Positions 1-12,315 are shown, counted from the stretch's first letter. The stretch is 64,000 nucleotides of DNA from Octopus sinensis (GCF_006345805.1 NC_042998.1:29264001-29328000), one strand, 5' to 3'. Made by a program: numbers and translations. The notes: generated from the letters alone by a model not told the origin.

Positions 1-244
1 ATTTTTTAAAACAATTTAATGAAAATTTATGAGAGTCAAAAATTAATATCGGTTTGTCTATTTGCAGTTTTAAATTAATAGCAATAACTCATAACTCAAT
101 CTTGAATATATATTTTCACAGTATTGTCAGTGATAGTGTGTGCTTTTTAGGCGACAGTGAAGCTCTTGGCAAATCGAATGTGTGCTCCATAGTCACTTCA
201 ATAACTTCACATCTTGTATGCCACTTATATACTTTAATAAGTGT

Positions 245-548
245 GTGGGGGTACATGGCCTAGTGGTTAGAGCAGCGGACTCGCGGTCGAGGGATCGTGG
301 GTTCGAATCTCAGACCGGGCGATGTGTGTATTTATGAGCGAAACTCCTAAGCTCCACGTGGCTCCGGCAGAAGGTAATGGCGAAACTTCTGCTGACTCTT
401 TCGCCACAACTTTCTCTCACTTTCCTCCTGCATCTTGCAGCTCACCTGCGACGGACCGGCGTCCCGTCAAGGTGGGGAACCTATACGCCAAGAAACCGGG
501 AAAACGGCCCTTATGAGCCAGGCATGGCTCGAGAAGGAACAAACAACT
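245..548 (+). mobile_element. tRNA-derived SINE, family C head (tRNA-Arg-like), tail variant 1
   Basis: A box tggcctagtgg and B box ggttcgaatct; head shared with 16182-16568 and other copies; short ataagtgt duplication on both sides. Confidence 0.85.
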
Positions 549-690
549 TTGATAAGTGTTAATTTTACAGATTCATATTTGTCTCCTAAACTTCCATACT
601 CTCAAATGGCCCCTTGATTTGCAATAAGGTAACCCCATTTATTAGTTACAAAAGGTGATTCGTGTAAAGGATTTGGCACCAGATCGAAGC

Positions 691-1950
691 TATCAGGTCG
701 TCAAGTATGAGATTTGTAGAAAAACAGTTTGCCAATGTTTTATATATACAAGGAATAGTTTTATTTTTCAAAGCATGCTTTCATGTTGTCAATACAGTTT
801 TGCCATTTCAGCGGTAGCTTGTCCAACCCAGAACTGTAAAAGCCTGGCAATCTAGAGTCAATAAAATCTTGGAAGGCCTGTTTTACAGCATCGTCGGAAT
901 TATTTTTTTTCCTATAAAAACGTTATCGAAATTCTGGAAGAATTTTTATTCTATGGGGGCAAGATCAGGTGAGTATGGTGGATGACGGAGAGCTTCCAAC
1001 TCCAACCCCTGTAGTTTCGCCAATGTCCTTTTTGCGATGTATGGTCTAGCGTTGTTTGCAATGAAATAGGAGTAGATCTGTTGACTAATCTCGGCTGTCT
1101 TTTTGCAAGTTTCTGTATCATTTGGTCCAGTTGGCTGCAGTATACTTCGACCGTGATTTTTGGGCTAGGTTTAATGAACTCATAATGGGTCACACCTGCG
1201 CCAGACCACCAAACACCAACCATGAGCATGTTTTGATGAATTTTGCTTCTTGGACTGTATTTTGTTGGCTTGTCTTTGTCCAACTATTGTGCTGAACGTT
1301 TACGGTTGTTGTATTGGATCAATTTCTCATCACATGTTACAATTCGATTCAAAAATAATTCATTTTTGTGACGAGAAATGCAGGCTTTCAAACGTTGCTG
1401 TTTCTGATTTTCATTGAGTTCATGTGGAATCAATTTATCCAAGTTTTTCATTTTACCGATTTGAACTTGGTGAGTTAATATTGTTTGCTTGCTAACACCA
1501 CACAACAACGATAATTCACGGGCACTTTGAGATGGTTCTGACCGGACGATGAATCTCAGTTCGTTAGTATCCACCTTTGTTTTTGGTCGACAGCTTTGCT
1601 CATTTGTGAGATCCAAATTACCAGAACGAAGTTTTGCAAACCAATTTGCTGTGTAATAACATTAGAACGAAATATTCCATTAATATTCCGAGCTGTCTGT
1701 GATGCTGTATTTCCAAGAAAGAACTCCTATTTCAAAACTGTACGAATTTCTGACTTATCCATCTTTAAACAAAAATAGCAAAGAACGATTTATAGATATT
1801 TTACAAGGCGCAAAATGAGTTAGAATAAATAGATGTGTCAGCTTTCTAACAAAAAATAAATATTGCCAAAATATAATGATGGCGCAAAATGAGCAGCTGT
1901 CGAAGTTTATCATATACCTAACTACAAATTTCCTACTTGGCGACCTAATA
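691..1950 (-). mobile_element. Full-length degenerate mariner transposon (~1.26 kb)
   Basis: TIRs tcaggtcgtcaagtatgagatttgtag and revcomp ttaggtcgccaagtaggaaatttgtag (4 mismatches in 27) flanked by TA; encloses transposase pseudo-ORFs. Confidence 0.92.
860..1765 (-). pseudogene. Mariner transposase pseudogene (stops and frameshifts)
   Basis: ORFs 1284-1616 and 951-1283 contain LIPHEL (WVPHEL-like), IVTCDEK, MVGVWWS..GVTHYE and YCSQL motifs of mariner DD34D transposases. Confidence 0.9.
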
Positions 1951-3761
1951 ATTGCATTTATTTCTAAACAAAGGAGGTTTTATGGATTTATTGAAAAGCT
2001 CAGTTTAAACGCTTCCATAGTTTTCTTGAAAACAAGGCAACTTTAGACTTACATAGTTTAAGATTGCTTGCAGGTTTTTTTTTTAAAAATCTATTCAATG
2101 CTATTGAATATTTCGGTGTTAAAAGATTCACTAAATTTAGCTCAGTCCAGATCGAAACCAAAGTAAGGCATCTGCCACTCAGGTATTGTGTTCCACTGCA
2201 CGGCCAGGAATGGCTGACATTGGAGGTGAACCAGCAGTGCTATTCGTCTCAGAGTAAAAATTATGGTTGTGTGAATGTAAATCTTATGGCTTTGTGTAGC
2301 TATATACTAGAGTATGTCACTCTACCGAGCGTCATGCTCTGGTATTACATCTCTGCCCACAATTTTTATACTGACGTCGACTCACCGATGTACAATTTTT
2401 TTTCTGGTTGTTGTAAAACGGAACAAACTGTTTCACTGAAACTCATTTGAGAGATGTTTCTAACTCCGACTGTAACTCTCATACCGAGTAACACGTTCGT
2501 TATATTCTTTTATAAAATCATTTAAGAATGTGTGATTGCATCCTTTTAGATATATAATGGTAGTCATTCGCGGCAATGCTTTTATAAATGTTGTGTACTG
2601 GAAAGTAAATAGCCTCAGAGGCATTGCTATTCTATTCAATAAAGGGTTCTATTTGTTTATTCCAAAGACAGGATGGGTCTCGTTGCACATTAGATTTACT
2701 TCATTCAAAAGCTTGACAGTAATGGATTTTGGTGACTTTTATGAATGTATGCGAGAGGCATAACATAAACAGTTTTGTGTAATTTATTGTTTTCGAAGAG
2801 TTTTATGGTTATGTAATAAGTGAATTTATATTTGAATTTATCAATCTTCTGGCAGCCATTGTTTGCCTAGCCTTTTCATAACTGGACAAATGCCAGCTTC
2901 TCTGAAAAGAGTAGATAATAGAATGTGGTCTCAAAAAATGAAAACGAACGAAGAAATGCCTCTTAAGTAGTTGGCTTGAAAATAGATGGAAATATTGAAA
3001 AGAAACTAAACATATTTATTCATTTCAAAGCCACTAAGCACGAAACTTTCAGCAATGCCTACATTAATTAATTTTTCGTTTCATTTTCACATTTTATTCT
3101 TAGTTTCTCGTTCAAGGCGAAGAGAAAGATTCTCATTAGGATAAGAAAACTTTCATACAATACTTCTCTTCTGACTTAGGTTCTGATTTCGAATCCTAAC
3201 ATTGTTTCTCATCCATTTGAGGAAGACAAAATAAATCCTCATTGAATTATTGAGGTCGATGGCTTAAATTAGTCCCTCCTGTTCCAATTATTCTGCCTTG
3301 CGTCTAAATCGAAGATAATTATTAGTTTGTCATTAAGCACAACAAACAGATAGAAATCTATTGCAGAATCTAATTGCGATTTAAAGTCAAATGCATCTAC
3401 AGTGGTTTTAACTTTCATGGATCGATATATTGAATACCAGTGAAATATTGGGATCAATATAATTTAATATACACGTTTCCCCAAATATTTGGCCTTGTAG
3501 CCACCTCAAGAACATAATTGCTGAATATATGAATATATTCTTTCCTTACTTTCTTTTGTTGTTTTCGTTATTTTCTTCTAGACACGGAATTTGCATTTTG
3601 TCAATAATACGTATACAGAACAAACAACCAGCTAAGCACACATACGCGCGAGTGAGCACGTTCACACTGACACATGTATGTATGTATGTATGTATGTATG
3701 TATGTATGTATGTATGTATGTATGTATGTATGTATGTATGTATGTATAATATATATATATA

Positions 3762-3945
3762 GAAAAAACAAGTATAAAAATAGAAAAATGCTAAAATAAT
3801 TTTATAGTGAACATTTCAGTACGGTTTCGGTCATTTTGAGACCTTTCAACTGTAACGATTAAATAATTAAATTTAGAAAAGATTAGAAGAAAAGTTTTTT
3901 TAAAAGAATATTTCTATAGTAGTGTTCAGATTTAAGTGGCATTCT
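3762..3945 (-). mobile_element. Penelope-like pLTR remnant with degenerate hammerhead (3817-3852); second copy at 49331-49510
   Basis: Two similar copies next to (TA)n. The minus strand reads cag-ttgaaa-ggtc..gacc-gaaac..gta-ctg. Confidence 0.55.
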
Positions 3946-3986
3946 GCCTTTCTCTGACTCCCTTGTTTGCACTTGTGTGTTCGAGG

Positions 3987-4020
<34 letters not shown>

Positions 4021-4114
4021 AAGCAGCAAACAGAGAGAGAGAGAGATAGAGAGAGAGAGAGAAAGAGAGGGGTAGAGATAGATACACATATTCAAATAGA
4101 TATGTATGTATACA

Positions 4115-4265
4115 TGCATGCATGTCATTATTCAGATTTATTGCAAGATTTTTTGCCAATAGAGAAACAGTCAGTTTCTAAACTAGATCCAAGGCTCCTT
4201 CACTGGAATTTCAACATCAGGAACAGGGTATGTATGTATATATATACATGCAGATTCGTGTGGAT
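4115..4265 (-). mobile_element. 3' UTR fragment of the R4/Dong-like LINE family seen at 34340-34810
   Basis: Reverse complement matches 34345-34480 (ttccagtgaag..tag..agaaac..tctctattggcaa..aatcttg). Confidence 0.6.
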
Positions 4266-4644
4266 TTTTTTTTTATCTATGTGTTCTCATCTATACACTT
4301 GCATACCTAGACATGTTCATACAAATCTAAACCATCACTGGAACTGTAAAAATCTGTAGAATTTTCAAGAATTATATTTGTCTATATTTATATATGCGAC
4401 CCGAAATCGATATGTCGTTAAAACTTTTTTATAAATACTATTTCTTCACTTTCTTCGCATTCAATACGTGCTAATGGAGCGAATAACTGTGGTTCTTAGT
4501 GCCATTTGCCGTCTATTTCCAGCATGTGGCTCTAGTTATTAGAGCCCTTATTACTATACTTAAATATATATACTCGTATTAGATATTATTTATACATACT
4601 GACTACTTGATAAAATCGCAAAAATTTTATCCTTAATAGGAGTC

Positions 4645-5095
4645 AGAAAATGGAAAAATATCGATGAACAACTATTGACTTACATCAGTTATTATTTATT
4701 AATTCAATACAAATAGATTGCATCCCATCTAACAGCTGCTTTTACTTAACTTCCCAAAGAAATACACAAGCAAAATGGTATGATTACAACCATATTCAAA
4801 TTTTCCCTTTTTCCTCTCTATGCTCTTCTTTATTTATTCTTCCCTCTGATGAAGTTCCATGGTTCAGATCGGTTTTATTACCAAATATGATAAATATTTT
4901 TAGCATATCAATAGCAATACCATACAACATTGAAAGCAGAAACAGCTGTTAGATGGGATGCAGTCTATTAATATTGAATTAATAAATAATTGATGTAAGT
5001 CCATAGTTATTCATCGATATTTCTCCATTTTCTGTCTTCTTTACATTTTGATTCTTGACAAACTCATGTTCATCCTTGTCTTTACCTATAATTTA
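4645..5095 (+). mobile_element. Penelope-like element remnant: inverted arms 4645-4740 / 4941-5037 and long-loop hammerhead motif 4842-4957
   Basis: ~95 bp inverted repeat; ctgatga at 4846 and gaaacagctgtt at 4939. Confidence 0.6.
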
Positions 5096-6024
5096 TGAGC
5101 ATAATATGCTTGCATATGTATACCTATGGTTAAACATAGATGATATACCGGCAGTGTAATGGATACTCCTATCCCTTAGGCGGTTACTTTAACCTCTTAC
5201 TCAGCTAACCTTATATATATTAGCGATATGATTAGTGACATAATTATTTTATCACATAAGGAGAAAATACGGAAATCTTGATGGAATCATATTATGACTA
5301 TACATATGGGATTAACTCTCACTTTCATATAAAAGATAGATAAAAGCTGCATGTTGTTCGACACGAAAATCATTTTCCCCACTAGATCATCCATGAGCAA
5401 AAGGGTTTACGTAGCGTCATTTGCTGACGCTGACACAAAAGCGAAATTCACTTTGACAAGATGCAATAGTAACATTGCGAATATAAAATACATTAGCAGA
5501 CAAAAGGTTGTCAATGATCAGATAATCGGTAATAAGAGTGATTAAAAATTAATTAAAGACGCGTTGAAATTGAAATCTCTTTTCCCTGCAGTCAGTAGAT
5601 CTGATAGGATGTGTGTTGGCAGCCAGTTGAGCGATATTAGATGTGTGCAATCACATATTAAGAATATTAGCGAAGTGAATTCTTTGATTAAGCAAAAAAT
5701 GAAAATCTCCTAAATGCTCGTATGGATATGTGACGTGACGTCTTCTAGTCGAAGAAACAGGAGGGAAATATCCTGCAGGTAAATAATTACACGATTACTC
5801 TCTATCTGAATCCCAAGGAAAGATCATTAAAGCAACACATAACGTCTTAATAGACTGCTCTTCCGGTGTGTCTTTGGTGATAACAATGATAACAGATATC
5901 GGATATCGTAATTTCTGCTGCAAATTTTACATCTGTTTATCCCGATAGAAATGCTTGTCTCTTGCTTATAAAATAGGGCTGGCACCAACTATAATCGCCT
6001 TTGTAATATCTAATGTTTATAGAA

Positions 6025-6332
6025 GGCGGCGAGCTGGCAGAAACGTTAGCACGCCGGGTGAAATGCTTAACGGTATTTCGTCTGCCTTTACGTTCTGAGT
6101 TCAAATTCCGCCGAGGTTGACTGTACCTTTCATCCTTTCGGGGCCGATAAATTAAGTACCAGTTACGCACTAGGGGCGGGGTAGATATAATCGACTTAAT
6201 TCGTTTGTCTGTCCTTGTTTGCCCTCTCTATGTTTAGCCCCTTGTGAGCAATAAAGAAATAAGAAACGTTAGCACGCCGGGCGAAATGTTTAGCGGTATG
6301 TCATCCGTCTTTACGTTTTGAGTTCAAATTCC
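6025..6332 (+). mobile_element. SINE family A copy followed by a partial second head
   Basis: ggcggcgagctggcagaaacg..gagttcaaattc..cctttcatcctttcgggg..agccccttgtg consensus repeated throughout the window. Confidence 0.9.
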
Positions 6333-6682
6333 GGAAAACCGCTGCAGTTAGGTTGGTAAGAATAGCAGTAAGCATGACCTTGGAGCTACATTAGTTCTAC
6401 CATAGGGTGTGGCCTCGTTCTATCCTTTTATTGATGTCGACATGATTTATAAGGAAATTGTTTGCGAGAACAACATCCTGTTTCAAAATATCGATATCGG
6501 TGAAATGGATGTGTTCTTATACAGAATACTTATTTGAATATAATCTGAGAAACTTCTATCGTATTCCATCTCAATAAGAAAGGGTGATTTCTCATTAATT
6601 CTTTTCCAATTAGAAGGATCTCTTTGAATATCGACGAAGTAACCTAAATCAACGTCACCTGTTTTAGTTTTTAAAATTAGAT

Positions 6683-7090
6683 ATTCTTTTCTACTCTAGG
6701 CACAAAGCCTGAAATATATGAGGAGGGACCAGTCGATTAGATCGACCGCAGTACGCAACTGGTACTTAATTGTACTTACTCTATCGACATCGGAAGCCTG
6801 ATAGGCAAAGTCGACCTCGGTGGAATTTGAACTCAGAACGTAACGGCAGACGAAATAACTATTTCTTTACTACCCACAAGGGGCTAAACACAGAGAGGAC
6901 AAACAAGGACAGACAAACGGATTAAGTCGATTATATCGACCCCAGTGCGTAACTGGTACTTATTTAATCGATCCCAAAAGGATGAAAGGCAAAGTCGACC
7001 TCGGCGGAATTTGAACTCAGAACGAAACTGCAGACGAAATACCGCTAAGTATTTCGCCCGGCATGCTAACGCCTCTGCCAGCTCGCCGCA
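6683..7090 (-). mobile_element. Compound SINE family A (head-body-tail1-partial body-tail2)
   Basis: Two central domains; TSD-like aatatctaat(g)tttaaa on both flanks. Confidence 0.9.
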
Positions 7091-7857
7091 TTCTTTAAAC
7101 ATTAGATATTACAAAGGCGATTATAGTTGGTGCCAGTTCTATTTTATAAGCAAGAGACAAGCATTTCCATCGGGATAAACCATGGAGTAATGGGATTGAC
7201 AATTCACACGGAAATTCAAACCTGGATATTACTACCGCACTGAGCGCTGGTGTGTGAACAAGATAAACTTCGCCATTAAAATGATTCCATACACTGCTGG
7301 TAGAAGAAATATGCACCACGATTAATATCTAAAATGATGAATTTATTATATAAACGTTATGATTGTAATATTCTTCAAGACATTTCAATTGAAAGTTACT
7401 GGTACTACACGCCATTTTATGTCTAGAGAGCATAATCATCAATTATACATTCAAACCATGCGTATTCCACTCTCAATACAGAAACCGTTCAAAGTTGACT
7501 TGCACGAAATCGTGCATGTCAGAAACTAACCTAATGCTTTATCGTTTATATGCTGTAATACGACTACACACAGAAATATATCAAAAGTGTTTATACGCGA
7601 GTGGATATCTTAAAAACAATGAGGCAGATGAAATATGCCTGCTCTATCGTAAAAAGTTTCAGAACAATATGTAGATACAACAAAAGAGATGAGGTGAGTA
7701 TATTATGCAGTAGTATAATATTGATGGGGAAATATTAGCAGAGGCCGAGTCTCATTATGAAATAGTTAATAAGACTGGAAATAATAAAACGAAACATTAA
7801 CATCAGATTGAAAGTAAAGATAAGAGAAAAATAAGACCTGTTATTTTTAGGTCTTAC

Positions 7858-7951
<94 letters not shown>

Positions 7952-7991
7952 CGTGTGTGTATACGTGTACGTGTGTAAAGATATATATGTG

Positions 7992-8162
7992 GGCGCAGGA
8001 GTGGCTGTGTGGTTAGTAACTTGCTTCCCAACCACATGGTTCCAGGTTCAGTCCCACGGCGTGGCACCTTAGTAGAAGGCAAGTGTCTTCTACTATAGCC
8101 TTGGGCCGAGCAAAGCGTTGTGAGCAGATTTGGTAGATGGAAACTGAAAGAAGCCAGTCATG

Positions 8163-8195
<33 letters not shown>

Positions 8196-8633
8196 TATAT
8201 ATACTGCTTGAAACATCAAGTGTAGCCCGTTGCCTATGTATAGTTGATTGCTCCTTTTCTATGCTGTTTCTTTGCTCTATATAAAATTCTATGAAATTTA
8301 TCTACAACTTCACTCGGCACTTTCCCCAGTTTCAACATTTATGTGAGATTCTACTACATATATTACATTTACTTCGTGAATGTGTGTATGTATGTATATA
8401 TATATATATGTGTGTATGTGTGTGTGTGTGTGTGTACATATTCTTTTATTCTTTTACTTGTTTCTGTCATTTGACTGTGGCCATGCTGGAGCACCGCCTC
8501 TAGTCGAACAAATCGATCCAAGGACATTCTTTCTAAGCCTATTACTCATTTTATCTGCCGAACTGCTAAGTTACAGGGACATAAGCACACCAACATCGGT
8601 TGTCAAGCGGTGGTGTGGGGACAAACACAGAAC

Positions 8634-8676
<43 letters not shown>

Positions 8677-8706
8677 CGGTGGTGTGGGGACAAACACAGA
8701 ACACAA

Positions 8707-8740
<34 letters not shown>

Positions 8741-8942
8741 GATATATTGTGTTCTGTGTTTGTCCCCACACCACCGCTTGACAACCGATGTTGGTGTGCT
8801 TATGTCCTGTAACTTAGCAGTTCGGCAGATAAAATGAGTAATAGGCTTAGAAAGAATGTCCTTGGATCGATTTGTTCGACTAGAGGCGGTGCTACAGCAT
8901 GGCCACAGTCAACTGACAGAAACAAGTAAAAGAATAAAAGAA
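7992..8942 (+). mobile_element. SINE family B (internal TA/TG microsatellite) interrupted by an inverted duplication
   Basis: 5' half 7992-8160 (gtggctgtgtgg..ggttcagtccc) and 3' half 8745-8942 (ggcggtgct.cagcatggcc..aacaagtaaaagaataaaag). Confidence 0.85.
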
Positions 8943-9163
8943 TATGTACACACACACACACATATATATATATACATACACACATTCACGAAGTAAATGT
9001 AATATATGTAGTAGAATCTCGCATAAATGTTGAAACTGGGGAAAGTGCCGAGTGAAATTGTAGATAAATTTCATAGAATTTTATATAGAGCAAAGAAACA
9101 GCATAGAAAAGGAACAATCAACTATACATAGGCAACGGGCTACACTTGATGTTTCAAGCAGTA
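8202..9163. repeat. Fold-back inverted duplication, arms 8202-8640 and 8745-9163
   Basis: Arms are near-perfect reverse complements with only a few substitutions; centre is (TA)n. Confidence 0.95.
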
Positions 9164-9684
9164 CATTCAAAGTGGATGGGAAATGTATAAATTCTAAGGC
9201 TTCTATGCATTGCTATGTAAACCAGTAAGTTTACAAACTCGAGTTAAAACCTTGCTTTTATTATATGTCCGAATTGAAATGCCTGATTGCTCCTTACTCA
9301 ATGTATGTTATTATTGTCTTAGCACACATTTAAGGAATATTGATTTGATATAAACTTCTGTATCAGGCATGCTAATTAAATTTAAGACTTCTAGCTTTAT
9401 TGTCACTTTTGTAACGGTAATAACTTATACATTATTCCTCTAATAAAGCCATAAACCATGGAAGCAAGATTTATAATCAGTGTATCGTCGGTTTCGCAGA
9501 TAATGTATCTCGGATGGCATTAGCCAACGTGTCCTTCCCTTTTTATGCTGGTAGGGTATAATTTGAAATGCTATTTGACTGCTATTTGTAGCAGATAGTG
9601 CATCTAAATAAAATCTTGTTTCGTAGGATTTCTGTGTGAGTGGAACGCCATTTACTCAAGACCTTAGCGTCTACACATCAGTAA

Positions 9685-10079
9685 TCTATATATATAAAGC
9701 TGAAGTTGTCTGTGTGTGGCAGGTTTGGTAGGCTTCAACAAATACTATCTCCTCCGAGACCCTAGGTGCAAGTTGATTAAAATTGAGAGTATGATAGAAG
9801 AAGGCTTGCTCTTTATTCCATAAAATAAAAAATTCAAATCGGACCATGTTAACACCAAAAATTATTTACATGAAAAAGGTGCTTTTTTTCTATGAAAATC
9901 CCTATTTTCTACAATTTTTTCACTGCTGTATCGCCATTTTTCGGTGTATTTCAACCAGAAAAATGTTCACTTAAAGAGAATAAGAAGCTACATAATGCAC
10001 AATTTTTACTTTTCAAAAGTTCCAATTCTAAAAGATCGAAAAGAAAACAAACCCGAGCAACTCCGGGCAACACTGCTAG
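9685..10079 (+). mobile_element. Non-autonomous Helitron, family H1
   Basis: 5' TC, 3' CTAG, subterminal hairpin cccgagcaactccggg, inserted between A and T with no TSD; copies at 21963 and 27459. Confidence 0.85.
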
Positions 10080-10635
10080 TATACGATAATACAAGAAAGC
10101 AGAACAATAACAACAACAACCAATACAATAGTACAAGCAATACTCTGAGTTTTCGCAAATGACGTAAGTATTCTGTTAACTTCACTTAAATTCTGCCTTT
10201 AACTTAATTCTATTTAGATGTCAGAATAAAATGCATGAAGGTCTTTCAATCAAATGTTGGGAATTGTTAAAATATTATCGGGACAAAGTGAAACTAGTTT
10301 TAAAGCATTTCGTAGTTAAAAAGCTTAAAAAATGTGTTTGTTTCATTACTGAATAAAAGACTGTCACAGATATCAATTGATATTTTCCCTTCGTGTCATT
10401 TAATTTTTCAAGAGACTCCAACACAGCATCAAGCTGTCACTGAAGCGTGGGAGAACAATGCAATCAAACTACCGACTCCATTGTTATTATCTTTAACAGG
10501 AGTAAGAAGACCACTCATATTTCTCTGTATAGAACCGGTCTGACAGAGATAACTGTCGATTATACACAACTTAGAATAACCAAAAACCATACTTCAAGAA
10601 GAAAGTTCTAAACTCTTGAAATTATCATTTAGACA

Positions 10636-10858
10636 AGCTGGCAGAAACGTTAGCACGCCGAGCGAAATGCGTAGCCGTATTTCGTCTGCCGTTACGTTCT
10701 GAGTTCAAATTCCGCTGAGGTCGACTTTGCCTTTCATCCTTTCGGGGTTGTTAAATTAAGTATCAATTACGCACTGGGGTCGATGTAATCGACTTAATCC
10801 ATTTGTCTGTCTTGTTTGTCCTCTCTGTGTTTAGCCCCTTGTGGGTAGTAAAGAAATA
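10636..10858 (+). mobile_element. SINE family A (tail1)
   Basis: Matches family A consensus. Confidence 0.9.
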
Positions 10859-11718
10859 GGTATAACAGTTTTGTCGAGTATGAGTAGTGGATGCGAATAG
10901 CCGATACTGTTGAAAGCTATTGTTGACATTCCTACAAATAACAGGAAAATATTTGAAATCACGTATGAAGTAATCAATAGCGTTCTGTATACACCTGCTC
11001 TTGCTAAGAAGTGACACATACGAAATACCTGCAGCGCACACAGTAACAAAATTACTACACATAGGCCACCGAGGTGGATAACAATACTGGCCATGATTCT
11101 ATGTTGTCGTTCCTTCTATTAGAAAGGATAGCTTATTCATTGAATGTGTATTCCTAGATACTATTAAAAGACATAGTTTTGACGGAAACCGTTTGCTCAA
11201 ACAAGCGCTCAATTAGAACACGAGCGAGAAAAATTAAAACGAACCATGACTGCCGTCATCATAAGATGTAAGAGAAAGCAAACAGTTCACTATACGCAGC
11301 TATATCTTACGAATAAAGTAGACGGAAGCGTTCAGATAATCTACACTTCAAACACTTAGGAGGAGATTAATAGCTTTAAAGTATGCATGCAAGATTTTCA
11401 TAAAGAAACTTATCAAAAGCGATAGCATAAAAAAACCCGAGCATTGAATAAATGTTTAGCTTACAAAAAGCCATATATTATATAGTGTGTATATCGGTAG
11501 AGAAATATCGCTATTGAAAGAACCTTTTCATAGAAAGAGGTATTTAATTTAAAGGCACTATTGCAGAATACAACCAGTCTAATATGACTAATATATTAAT
11601 AGCAATAGTAAATAATAGAGTGTAAAATGCTGAACGTACACTAAGCACAAAAAAAAGATACTTAATAGAGACTTAGTAGTCTCTAGTATATGGTGTTATA
11701 CGCAGGGCCGCTCAAGTA

Positions 11719-11892
11719 TACGACGGGGTGATGAAAAGTTCCTGGTTTTAAGGATATCACTAAAGACTTGGTTGAAGGACCAACTTACCGGGTTCTTTTA
11801 CAGGGCTTAGAAAACTAAAGGATCACAGCAATGTGTATGAATTTGAGAGGAGAATATGCTGGACAAATCAAACTCGGGAACTTTCCAGCACA
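11719..11892 (+). mobile_element. Internally deleted mariner / MITE
   Basis: TIR-like tacgacggggtgatgaaaagttcc and ggaactttccagcac ends, with transposase C-terminal-like sequence between. Confidence 0.5.
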
Positions 11893-11911
11893 TTTGTGTG
11901 TGTGTGTGTGT

Positions 11912-12315
11912 GTGTAAGAAGCTTACTTTCCAACCACATGGTTCCGATTTCAGTCCCACTGCGTGGCATCTTGAGTAGATGTGTCTTCTACTATAGTCTT
12001 GGGCCGACCAAAGCGTTGTGAGTGGATTTGGTAGACGGAAACTGAAAGAAATCCGTCGTATATATATATAAATATATATATATATGTATGTGTGTGTGTG
12101 TGTGTGCTTGTGTGCGTGTTCCCACCATCGTTTGACAGCCGATATTTGTGTGTTTACGTCCCCTTAACCTGGCGGTTCGGCAAAAGCGACCGATAGAATA
12201 AGTACTAGACTTACAAAGAATATGTCCTATCCTGGAGTTGATTTTGTTCGACTAAAGGCGTTGCTTCAGCCTAGCTGCAGTCAAATAAATGAAACAAGTA
12301 AACGAATAAAAGAAT
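11912..12315 (+). mobile_element. SINE family B; truncated minus-strand SINE A follows at 12398-12532
   Basis: Consensus match with internal microsatellite. Confidence 0.85.

Larger units (their letters stand above)
54..11120 (+). pseudogene. Candidate fossil endogenous viral element: fragmented Mononegavirales/Jingchuvirales-like L polymerase gene (non-TE pieces ~54-245, 552-690, 1951-2760, 4470-4640, 5126-6023, inverted 6340-6680, 7181-7675, 8985-9445, 10170-10630, 10860-11120)
   Basis: Hand translation gives stop-poor frames with colinear L-like motifs: YFHSIVSD (~111, cf. GHP motif); VKRFTKFS..CVPLH (~2118, pre-motif A); VNLMALCSY (~2277, motif A-like); YLFIPKTG..SFKSLTVMDFGD (~2650-2735); ICRLFPA (~4504); KIRKS*W..GLTLT (~5265-5325, LRxxSW..GxT); LIKDALKL (~5549); GK*LHD (~5778, HR-like); SGWEMYKF / YVRIEMPD / GMLIKFK (~9171-9387, MTase-like). 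Aligned by eye only; catalytic GDN not recognisable. Confidence 0.5.

Noticed and set aside
245-320. tRNA gene-like sequence (also 16495-16568, 38575-38650)
   Set aside because: Continues into SINE bodies and has no clean acceptor stem; these are SINE heads, not tRNA genes.
2557-2585. MVVIRGNA as the L-protein GDN motif
   Set aside because: Poor match and too close to the next motif; not used as evidence for the EVE.
5937-6170. Repeated 'MRNWYL..RKDERQSRPRRNLNSER' ORF family
   Set aside because: Antisense translation of SINE A copies, not a gene family.
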